DNA of 24,000 nucleotides from Casimicrobiaceae bacterium (GTDB taxonomy: Bacteria > Pseudomonadota > Gammaproteobacteria > Burkholderiales > Casimicrobiaceae): positions 18,721 through 42,720 of the forward strand of contig DATJZM010000043.1 in the NCBI GenBank assembly GCA_035499135.1, read 5' to 3'. The notes below the pieces were generated by a model. That model had not been told where the DNA came from. It ran no database searches and saw only the letters and a program-made list of their open reading frames with translations. The translations under genes and the position numbers were made by a program. This document shows, piece by piece, positions 1 through 8,509 of the stretch (position 1 is its first letter; each line of letters opens with the position of its first letter).

Positions 1-519
1 CTCAACGCAACGATCGACTGGGTCGACGCGGACGATCAGGTCACGCCGGGAGGTGGCGCCGAGGATGCATACTACCAGGCGCTTGCCGTGCCCGGCCTCG
101 CGGCCAACGCCCCGGTGCGCCGAGTCGCGGAACTGCTCACCGTTCGCGGCGTTGATCCGCAAACCCTCGCGCGGCTGCGTGGCTTCGTGGAGGCAGTCGA
201 TGCGCCCGCCCCCATCAACGTGAACACGGCTCCGGCGGAAGTGCTGATGGCGACGATCGACGGGCTCGATGCAAGCGCCGCGGCGGCACTCGTCGCGGCA
301 CGCGCGCAGGCACCCTTCACCAGCGTCGCCGATTTTCGCGCCCGGCTTGCGCGGCCCCAGCTCGTCGTAGACGAGACGCAGCTTGCCGTGCGCAGTGACT
401 GGTTCATCGTGACGATCGAGGCGCGGCAGGGCGATACGCTGGCGCACGCAAGAGCCCTGCTCAAGCGCACGACCAACGCGACCGAGTGGCCGGTCGTGAT
501 CTGGCAGACCGTGGAATAG
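1..519 (+). CDS. gspK: Type II secretion system minor pseudopilin GspK, C-terminal part (5' end lies outside the window)
   Basis: Frame 1 is open from nt 1. Translation LNATIDWVDADDQVTPGGGAEDAYYQALAVPGLAANAPVRRVAELLTVRGV... carries the GspK core signature (DW.D.D....GAED.YY....aN). TAG stop at 517-519. Followed directly by gspL/M/N. Confidence 0.8.
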   Translation, partial: LNATIDWVDADDQVTPGGGAEDAYYQALAVPGLAANAPVRRVAELLTVRGVDPQTLARLRGFVEAVDAPAPINVNTAPAEVLMATIDGLDASAAAALVAARAQAPFTSVADFRARLARPQLVVDETQLAVRSDWFIVTIEARQGDTLAHARALLKRTTNATEWPVVIWQTVE

Positions 520-587
520 AACGCCGGCAGCGACCCCGGCGCGTTCTGTCCGGGCGGAGCGGTCGAGTACAATCGGCGCGGATTTCC

Positions 588-1838
588 ATGGCGCTCACCA
601 TGCCGGCCGCGACGACCCTGCGCGTGTTCATCGATGACCTCCCCGAGGTCGGCCGCGCCGCCGAGTGGGTTCTCTTCGACGGAGCCGATCGCAGCGTGCG
701 CAGGGGATGCGACGCGCCGAGCGCCTGGCCGGCCGCAGACCGGCGCGAAGCCGTGATCGCGGCCGCTCGGGGCAGGCTCGCCGTCGTTACGGTGCCGGCG
801 CTGCCTGCGGCGCGCGCGAGCGCGGCCGCGCGCTACGCGCTCGAGGATCAGCTCGCCGGCGCCGCCGAAGCAAGCCACGTCGCGCTCGCTTCGCAGTCCG
901 AGGACGGAAGCGTGCGCAGCGCCATCGTCTCCGACGAGTGGATGCGTGCGTTTGCCGCCGCATCGAAGCGCTGCAGCATTACCTGGGACCGTGCGCTGCT
1001 CGAGAGTGACCTTGCTCCCGCCGCGCCCGGGAGCTGGCGCTGGTGCGCGCCCGCCGCGACGCAGGACGGCTTCACACGCACTGACCGCGGGACCACACTC
1101 GCGGTTGGCCCCGCCAGCGGTGACGCTCCGCCGGCGGAGCTCGCGCAAGCGCTCGCGAGTGCTGGCGACCGCCGGCCTAGCAGCGTGCACGTCGATGCCG
1201 CAGGCGCGACCGCGGCGCTGCTCGCCAAGGCGCGCGAGCGGACCGGGGTCGAGTTCGTCGCGGGTACTCCATGGCGCTGGGGCGACGCACCGCCGGCCGC
1301 CTTCGCGAGCGCCATCAATCTTCTTACCGGCGCGTACGGCGCATCGCCGCGCGCCCCTGCACCCAAGCTCGCCAAGATTCTGCAGCCTGCGTTGTGGGTT
1401 GCAGCGAGCGCGCTCGCCATTGCAGTGATCGCCGGTGTGGGCGACTGGCTGTGGCTGCGCTGGCAGGTTGCCTCAGCCGAGCGCGGGCTCGATGCGCTGG
1501 CGCGGGCCGCAGTCCCCGAGTACGCGTCAGGATCGCTGCCGGGACTGACGCCGTCGCTTGCGATCGCGCGCCGCGAGCGCGACCTCAGGCACCGGGCGGG
1601 ACTCGCCGCACGCGACGATCTGGTTCCGCTCCTGGCCGCGGCCGCACCGGCCCTCGGCGGGTTGCCGCCGGGGGCGCTGCGTGCGCTCGCGTACTCCGAC
1701 GGCCATCTCGTTGTGCAACTGCAGAAGCTCGATCCCTCGCAGACCTCGAGCTTGCAACGCGAGCTTCTCGACGCGGGCCTCGTCGCGATCGCCGCGTCGA
1801 CGGCCGCCGGCGCGCGAGTGCGCATTGGGCTGGACTGA
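588..1838 (+). CDS. gspL: Type II secretion system protein GspL
   Basis: About 416-aa ORF with high GC3. Position between gspK and gspM fits. N-terminal cytoplasmic region (MALTMPAATTLRVFIDD...) is followed by one hydrophobic segment (LQPALWVAASALAIAVIAGVGDWLWL) and a periplasmic C-terminal domain, as in GspL. Start taken at ATG 588; ATG 600 is also possible. The ORF-track start at 486 overlaps gspK and is unlikely. Confidence 0.75.
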   Translation: MALTMPAATTLRVFIDDLPEVGRAAEWVLFDGADRSVRRGCDAPSAWPAADRREAVIAAARGRLAVVTVPALPAARASAAARYALEDQLAGAAEASHVALASQSEDGSVRSAIVSDEWMRAFAAASKRCSITWDRALLESDLAPAAPGSWRWCAPAATQDGFTRTDRGTTLAVGPASGDAPPAELAQALASAGDRRPSSVHVDAAGATAALLAKARERTGVEFVAGTPWRWGDAPPAAFASAINLLTGAYGASPRAPAPKLAKILQPALWVAASALAIAVIAGVGDWLWLRWQVASAERGLDALARAAVPEYASGSLPGLTPSLAIARRERDLRHRAGLAARDDLVPLLAAAAPALGGLPPGALRALAYSDGHLVVQLQKLDPSQTSSLQRELLDAGLVAIAASTAAGARVRIGLD

Positions 1839-1842
1839 CCCG

Positions 1843-2349
1843 ATGTCCGCCACGATGCCCGTCGGCCGACGCGAGCGCCTCGCGCGCTGGTGGGAGCTGC
1901 GCGGCCGGCGCGAGCGCAGCGCACTGCTCCTCGCCGCCGCCGCCGTGGCTCTGCTGCTGCTCTGGGTCCTTGCGTGGCAGCCGTTGCAGCGCGACACCGA
2001 GCGACTCGAGCGCCAGCTCGCCGAGCAGCGGGTGGCGATGGCGACGGCTAGGCGGAGCGCGGACGAGATCGCCCGGCTCGCCCAGACCGCGCCGGCCCCC
2101 GCAGCCGGCGACGCGCGCGCTGCGATCGAGGGCACACTGGCACGCCTTGCGCTTAAGCCAATCTCCGGCGTCGAGCGCGTCGATGCCGACCGCTGGCGCC
2201 TGAGCTTCGATGCGATCACCCTCGAATCCCTGACAGCGCTTCTCGACACGCTGCAGCGTGAGGCCGGCGTGCGCGCCGTCGAGGTCTCGGTAACGGCGCG
2301 GGTCGAACCCGGCCAGGTGCGCGCTGAAGCAACGCTGGCGCGGAGCTGA
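1843..2349 (+). CDS. gspM: Type II secretion system protein GspM
   Basis: 168-aa product MSATMPVGRRERLARWWELRGRRERSALLLAAAAVALLLLWVLAWQPL... has the N-terminal basic stretch, single TM and size typical of GspM. It begins 4 nt after the gspL stop. Confidence 0.75.
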   Translation: MSATMPVGRRERLARWWELRGRRERSALLLAAAAVALLLLWVLAWQPLQRDTERLERQLAEQRVAMATARRSADEIARLAQTAPAPAAGDARAAIEGTLARLALKPISGVERVDADRWRLSFDAITLESLTALLDTLQREAGVRAVEVSVTARVEPGQVRAEATLARS

Positions 2350-2398
2350 AGGCGCTCGCATGCCGCGCCGCGCCGCTCACGGACATCGTTGATCGGCA

Positions 2399-3163
2399 AT
2401 GCGTCCGTGGCTCGCCATCGTCTGCGGTGCAATCCTCATCGTTCTCGCGCTGATCATCAGCGCGCCGGCGAGCTTGCTCGAGGGGCGCCTCGCCAAGATC
2501 TCCGGCGGCCGAGCGCAAATCTCGAGCGCAAGCGGGACGCTGTGGCAAGGCGCCGGCGAGCTGGTCCTCGACGACGGGGTCCGGCGGCGCGTCGCCTGGC
2601 GCCTCGACCCGTGGGCAGCGTTGCGCGGCGAGGTGCGCGGCACGCTGTCGGGCGACGGCGCGGCGCCCGGTGCGCGCTTCGCCCTAGGTCGCGACCGAGT
2701 CGAGCTCGACGGCGTTTCGCTGGCGATGCCGGTTGCTGCGTTGCTTCGGGCAGCGGGGGTGAGCTCGCTGCTCGCGACCGCTGGCGGCGATGTATCGATC
2801 CGCATCGATCGCCTCGTTCGTGACACGGATGCGCTCGATGTTCAACTCGCGCTGCAGTGGAGCGACGCCAGCGTCGCCGCCCCTGGCATCGTTCCGCGCA
2901 TGGCGCTCGGCGACATCCAGGCCGAGCTGTCGGGGCGCGGTGCCGAGGTGAGCGGTCCCATCACCAACCGCGGCGGCGAAGTCGAGCTCTCCGGCAAGGC
3001 AACTGCAAGCGCAAGCGGCAGCACACGTCTGGAAGCCGACATCCGGCCACGGCCCGGTATCGACAAGGCGCATTCGGATGCGATAGCCAAAGCGCTCGCC
3101 GCTGTGGGGGTCCCCGACGGACAGGGCGGCTATCGCGTTGTCTGGTCGGGCCGCACCCGATGA
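2399..3163 (+). CDS. gspN: Type II secretion system protein GspN
   Basis: 254-aa ORF MRPWLAIVCGAILIVLALIISAPASLLEGRL...SGTLWQGAGELVL with an N-terminal TM. The GTLW.G motif and the position after gspM are typical of GspN. Confidence 0.7.
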   Translation: MRPWLAIVCGAILIVLALIISAPASLLEGRLAKISGGRAQISSASGTLWQGAGELVLDDGVRRRVAWRLDPWAALRGEVRGTLSGDGAAPGARFALGRDRVELDGVSLAMPVAALLRAAGVSSLLATAGGDVSIRIDRLVRDTDALDVQLALQWSDASVAAPGIVPRMALGDIQAELSGRGAEVSGPITNRGGEVELSGKATASASGSTRLEADIRPRPGIDKAHSDAIAKALAAVGVPDGQGGYRVVWSGRTR

Positions 3164-3210
3164 GCCGGCGCCGCCGCCGCGGCTCGGCGCAGTCAGTCGA
3201 GCCCGCCCAT

Positions 3211-3918
3211 ATGCGCATGCAACCAAGACGCCTCGCGGGGATCGACGCGCTGCGCGGTTTCGCGCTCTGCCTCATGATGGCCTACCACTTCGTCTTCGAC
3301 CTCGGCTATTTCCGCGTGGTCAGCGTCGACTTCAACAACGATCCATTCTGGCTCACGGCGCGCGCGATCATCTTGAGCTCGTTCCTTCTCCTCGTCGGAG
3401 TGAGCCTCGTGCTCGCGCAGCGTGCCGGCCAGAGCGCGCGTGCGTTCTGGCGCCGCATCGGGCTGATCGTTGGCTGCGCGGCGCTGGTTACCGCCGCGAG
3501 CTACGTGATCTTTCCGAAGACCTTCATCACTTTCGGGGTCCTGCACAGCATCGCCGTCGCCTCGGTGCTCGCGCGACCGCTCGTCGGCTTACCACGCGCC
3601 TCCTTCGCTCTTGGCGCTGCGATCATCGCGGCGGGAGCCACGCTGCGTTTCCCTGTCTTCGACTTGCCGCTCTTGAACTGGGTCGGCATGATGACGCACC
3701 GGCCGCCGACAGAGGACTACGTCCCACTTTTTCCGTGGCTCGGCGTCGTCCTCGTGGGTGTGGGCCTCGGCGCCTGGCTGACCGCGCGCGACCGCGCACC
3801 ATTGGGATGGCTTGGACAGCGCGCCCCAGGCTGGCTCGCCTGGCTAGGGCGCCACAGCTTGCTGGTGTACATGGTGCATCAACCCGTGCTCGTCGGCATT
3901 CTCCGCGTGGTCGTCTAG
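3211..3918 (+). CDS. DUF1624 / heparan-alpha-glucosaminide N-acetyltransferase-like integral membrane protein
   Basis: 235-aa polytopic membrane protein starting MRMQPRRLAGIDALRGFALCLMMAYHFVFDLGYF.... The R..GID.LRG.A...M..YH motif is characteristic of DUF1624. The ORF-track frame extends upstream to 2857, but that part is Arg-rich and overlaps gspN. Confidence 0.7.
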   Translation: MRMQPRRLAGIDALRGFALCLMMAYHFVFDLGYFRVVSVDFNNDPFWLTARAIILSSFLLLVGVSLVLAQRAGQSARAFWRRIGLIVGCAALVTAASYVIFPKTFITFGVLHSIAVASVLARPLVGLPRASFALGAAIIAAGATLRFPVFDLPLLNWVGMMTHRPPTEDYVPLFPWLGVVLVGVGLGAWLTARDRAPLGWLGQRAPGWLAWLGRHSLLVYMVHQPVLVGILRVVV

Positions 3919-4051
3919 AAGGTCGCTGGGTTATAATGAGAACAGTCGCGAGCAGGATCAGCTGCGTGGCGTCCCGCAGCGAGGCGCCGATGAGGTACGG
4001 CGAGCGCCGAGCGAGGACGCGAAGCAGCCGGCCCGCACAGTTAGCTTCGAA

Positions 4052-4128
4052 AGGCGCGTAGCTCAGCTGGTTAGAGCACCACCTTGACATGGTGGGGGTC
4101 GTTGGTTCGAGTCCAATCGCGCCTACCA
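4052..4128 (+). tRNA. tRNA-Val (anticodon GAC)
   Basis: Cloverleaf folded by hand: acceptor AGGCGCG/CGCGCCU, D arm GCUC-AGCUGGUUA-GAGC, anticodon arm CCACC-UUGACAU-GGUGG, T arm GUUGG-UUCGAGU-CCAAU, encoded CCA. Confidence 0.95.
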
Positions 4129-4234
4129 GCGACACGAAGGCGCAACGGTCGGCAGGGAAAGGCAGCGTTATGACACCGCGAACGCGTAGGGGCACCGACT
4201 GATCGGAGCGCGAGCGCGCACGCTGTCTTAGCGG

Positions 4235-4264
4235 AAAAGTGCGGCTCGTCCGCACTTTTTTGTT
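4235..4264 (+). terminator. Rho-independent terminator-like hairpin after tRNA-Val, just upstream of the thrS ribosome-binding site (possible dual role as thrS operator)
   Basis: AAAAGTGCGG-CTCGT-CCGCACTTTTTTGT: perfect GC-rich stem flanked by an A-run and a T-run. AGGAG follows at 4267-4271 and the thrS ATG at 4278. Confidence 0.6.
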
Positions 4265-4277
4265 TCAGGAGCCCGTC

Positions 4278-6185
4278 ATGCCCGATATTCGTTTGCCCGA
4301 CGGCGCCGTCAAGCACTTCGACGCGCCGGTCTCCGTGGCCGCGATCGCCTCCGCGATCGGCCCCGGTCTCGCCAAGGCTGCGCTTGCCGGAAAGGTCGAC
4401 GGCAAGCTCGTCGATACGTCATACACTGTCGATCACGACGCCGAGGTCGCGATCGTCACCGACAAGAGTCCCGAGGGGCTCGACGTCCTGCGCCACTCGA
4501 CGGCGCACCTGCTCGCCTACGCGGTGAAGGAGCTTTTCCCCGAAACCCAGGTCACCATCGGCCCGGTGATCGAGGACGGCTTCTATTACGACTTCTCGTA
4601 CAAGCGGCCGTTCACGCCCGAGGACCTCGCCGCGATCGAGCAGAAGATGGCCGAGCTCGCAAAGCTCGATGAGCCAGTCCTGCGCAAGCTCATGGCACGC
4701 GACGACGCGGTGAAATACTTCGAATCGATCGGCGAGCACTACAAGGCCGAGATCATCGCGTCGATTCCCGCGAACGAGTCGATCTCGCTCTACAGCGAGG
4801 GCAAGTTCACCGATCTCTGCCGCGGTCCGCACGTCCCCTCGACCGGCAAGCTCAAGGTGTTCAAGCTCACCAAGCTCGCCGGCGCCTACTGGCGCGGCGA
4901 TTCCCGCAACGAGATGCTGCAGCGGATCTACGGCACCGCCTGGGCGAAGAAGGAAGACCTCGAGCAGTACCTGCATCGCCTCGAGGAAGCCGAGAAGCGC
5001 GACCACCGCAAGCTGGGACGCCAGCTCGACCTCTTCCACCAGCAAGACGAGGCGCCCGGGATGATCTTCTGGCACCCGAAGGGCTGGACGCTCTGGCAGC
5101 AGGTCGAGCAGTACATGCGCAGGGTCTACCAAAACAACGGCTACCAGGAAGTGCGCGGCCCGATGATCCTCGACCGTTCGCTGTGGGAGCGCTCCGGTCA
5201 CTGGGAGAACTACAAAGAGAACATGTTCACGACCGAGTCGGAGAAGCGCCTCTACGCGGTCAAGCCGATGAACTGCCCGGGGCACGTCCAGATATTCAAC
5301 TCGGACCTGCGCAGCTACCGAGACCTGCCGCTGCGCTATGGCGAATTCGGCTTCTGCCATCGCAATGAAGCCTCCGGCGCACTGCACGGGATCATGCGCG
5401 TGCGCGCCTTCGTGCAGGACGACGGACACATTTTCTGCACGCCAGAGCAGATCGAGTCCGAAGTCACCGCGTTCAACAAGCTCGCGCTGTCGGTCTACAA
5501 GGACTTCGGCTTCGAGGACATATCGCTGCGGCTCGCACTGCGGCCCAAGAAGCGGATAGGCTCGGACGAGGTCTGGGACCGGGCCGAGGCAGCGCTGCGC
5601 GGCGCGCTCAGGGCCTCCGGCAAGGATTGGACCGAACTGCCGGGCGACGGGGCCTTCTACGGACCGAAGATCGACTACAACTTCAAGGACTCGCTCGGGC
5701 GTGTCTGGACCTGCGGCACCATGCAGGTCGACTTCATGATGCCGGAGCGACTGGGCGCCGAGTACGTCGCCGAGGACAACACGCGGAAGATTCCTGTGAT
5801 GCTCCATCGGGCGATCGTCGGATCGCTGGAACGCTTCATCGGCATCCTGATCGAGCACTACGCGGGCGCGCTGCCGCTTTGGCTATCCCCGCTCCAGGTC
5901 GCCGTGCTGACGATCACCGACAGGCAGGCAGCCTACGCGGAAGGCGTGGCGCTACAGCTCCGACAGGCGGGATTTCGGGTCGTGACCGATTTGCGCAACG
6001 AGAAAATAACCTATAAGATTCGAGAACATAGCCTGCAGAAGCTGCCGTACCAGCTGATTCTGGGCGACAAGGAACTGCAGGCGCGACAGGTGGCCGTGCG
6101 TACCCGCACCGGCGAGGATCTGGGGGCGATGCCCCTGGATGCTTTCGTTTCCCGCCTCCGTTCCGAGGTGGCAGCGAAGCGCTGA
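4278..6185 (+). CDS. thrS: Threonine--tRNA ligase
   Basis: 635-aa product [24 protein letters not shown]...[17 protein letters not shown]...[10 protein letters not shown]... with TGS, editing and class II catalytic motifs. AGGAG lies 6 nt upstream of ATG 4278. The ORF-track start at 4239 falls inside the terminator hairpin. Confidence 0.97.
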   Translation: MPDIRLPDGAVKHFDAPVSVAAIASAIGPGLAKAALAGKVDGKLVDTSYTVDHDAEVAIVTDKSPEGLDVLRHSTAHLLAYAVKELFPETQVTIGPVIEDGFYYDFSYKRPFTPEDLAAIEQKMAELAKLDEPVLRKLMARDDAVKYFESIGEHYKAEIIASIPANESISLYSEGKFTDLCRGPHVPSTGKLKVFKLTKLAGAYWRGDSRNEMLQRIYGTAWAKKEDLEQYLHRLEEAEKRDHRKLGRQLDLFHQQDEAPGMIFWHPKGWTLWQQVEQYMRRVYQNNGYQEVRGPMILDRSLWERSGHWENYKENMFTTESEKRLYAVKPMNCPGHVQIFNSDLRSYRDLPLRYGEFGFCHRNEASGALHGIMRVRAFVQDDGHIFCTPEQIESEVTAFNKLALSVYKDFGFEDISLRLALRPKKRIGSDEVWDRAEAALRGALRASGKDWTELPGDGAFYGPKIDYNFKDSLGRVWTCGTMQVDFMMPERLGAEYVAEDNTRKIPVMLHRAIVGSLERFIGILIEHYAGALPLWLSPLQVAVLTITDRQAAYAEGVALQLRQAGFRVVTDLRNEKITYKIREHSLQKLPYQLILGDKELQARQVAVRTRTGEDLGAMPLDAFVSRLRSEVAAKR

Positions 6186-6196
6186 CGAGTGTCAGC

Positions 6197-6233
6197 GCCC
6201 CGGCGAGAGCGGCGGGGCACGGCCGGTTTTTTC
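6197..6233 (+). terminator. GC-rich hairpin plus T-tract between thrS and infC (possible partial terminator or attenuator)
   Basis: GCCCCG...CGGGGC arms (6197-6202 / 6213-6218), then GGCCGGTTTTTTC. A second perfect hairpin GCTGAC-GAGT-GTCAGC (6181-6196) spans the thrS stop. Confidence 0.4.
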
Positions 6234-6252
6234 TCAACTGCAGGAGAGCACA

Positions 6253-6870
6253 ATAGCCCAGGAACGAGCGCAGCGAATCAACGGCGAGATCAACTCTCCG
6301 GAGGTTCGCCTGGTTGGTCAGGAAGGTGAGCAGCTTGGCATCGTGTCGATTGCGGACGCGCTGGCGCGCGCGGAAGCGGCGGAGCTGGATCTAGTAGAAA
6401 TCGCGCCGCTCGCGAAGCCGCCGGTTTGCCGGATCATGGATTTCGGCAAGTTCAAATACCGGGAAGCGAAGCGCGCGCACGAAGCGAAGCTCAAGCTGAA
6501 GCAGATTCAGGTCAAGGAAGTGAAGTTTCGCCCGGGAACCGACGAGGGTGACTACAAGATCAAGCTGCGGAACCTGATCCGCTTCCTCGGCGAGGGAGAC
6601 AAGGCAAAGGTCACGCTACGCTTTCGGGGCCGCGAGATGGCGCACCAGGAATTCGGCGTCAGGCTGCTCGAACGCATTCGCGGTGATCTCGAGCCTCACA
6701 GCATCGTCGAACAGTTTCCGAAACTCGAGGGCCGGCAAATGGTGATGCTGCTTGCCCCGAAGAAGGTTGCAGGGAAGCATCACCCGAACAAGCCCGAGGC
6801 CGGTCAGGCGTCAGCCAAGAAGGCGCAGAAAGCCTCTCCTCCAGAGAGCACCACCGTGGGCAGCAAATAG
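6253..6870 (+). CDS. infC: Translation initiation factor IF-3, probably with a non-canonical ATA start
   Basis: Translation ...[63 protein letters not shown]...[11 protein letters not shown]... is clearly IF-3. AGGAGA (6242-6247) sits 5 nt before ATA 6253. The only in-frame ATG (6139) is inside thrS and would add about 38 unrelated residues. Confidence 0.9.
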   Translation: MAQERAQRINGEINSPEVRLVGQEGEQLGIVSIADALARAEAAELDLVEIAPLAKPPVCRIMDFGKFKYREAKRAHEAKLKLKQIQVKEVKFRPGTDEGDYKIKLRNLIRFLGEGDKAKVTLRFRGREMAHQEFGVRLLERIRGDLEPHSIVEQFPKLEGRQMVMLLAPKKVAGKHHPNKPEAGQASAKKAQKASPPESTTVGSK

Positions 6871-6883
6871 GAAACGGGAAGTC

Positions 6884-7081
6884 ATGCCGAAGATGAAAAC
6901 CAAGAGCGGCGCGAAGAAGCGCTTCCGCGTACGCGGAAGCGGCAGCGTCAAGCGCTCGCAGGCGTTCAAGCGCCACATCCTCACCAAGAAGACCACCAAG
7001 AACAAGCGACAGCTGCGCGGCGCGACCGGCGTTCACCGCACCAATGCGGACTCGGTCAAGGCCATGCTGCCGTACGCCTGA
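6884..7081 (+). CDS. rpmI: 50S ribosomal protein L35
   Basis: 65-aa [46 protein letters not shown]...; position after infC is conserved. Confidence 0.97.
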   Translation: MPKMKTKSGAKKRFRVRGSGSVKRSQAFKRHILTKKTTKNKRQLRGATGVHRTNADSVKAMLPYA

Positions 7082-7093
7082 CGGGGAATCGCC

Positions 7094-8507
<1,414 letters not shown>

Positions 8508-8509
8508 GA

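Noticed and set aside
3921-3940. Perfect TATAAT (3932-3937) as the tRNA-Val promoter.
   Set aside because: No acceptable -35 lies at 16-18 nt (TCGTCT at best), and it sits about 115 nt upstream of the mature tRNA. It is possible but too weakly supported to list as a feature.
3138-4061. 307-aa ORF spanning the DUF1624 gene in another frame and running into tRNA-Val; also 3623-4255(-) and 11396-11872(-), which cover tRNA genes.
   Set aside because: The translations are Arg/Pro-rich, overlap structural RNA genes, and have no motif support.
4239-4277. Upstream ORF-track starts for thrS (4239), infC (6139), pheS (TTG 7497), pheT frame (8159), the ABC exporter (22082) and DUF1624 (2857).
   Set aside because: Each extension overlaps a terminator, a tRNA or the preceding gene. 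Each adds residues with no counterpart in the conserved protein family. Internal starts with better RBS and context were chosen instead.
4419-5858. 479-aa ORF antisense to thrS. Similar long antisense or alternate-frame ORFs: 72-1190(-), 848-1924(-), 6659-7858(-), 8335-10674(+), 9230-10405(-), 20370-21878(+), 22164-23423(-).
   Set aside because: These are typical stop-codon-poor shadow frames of high-GC DNA. The translations are Arg/Ala/Pro/Gly-rich low-complexity sequences with no recognisable motifs, and each lies fully inside a confidently identified gene on another frame or strand.
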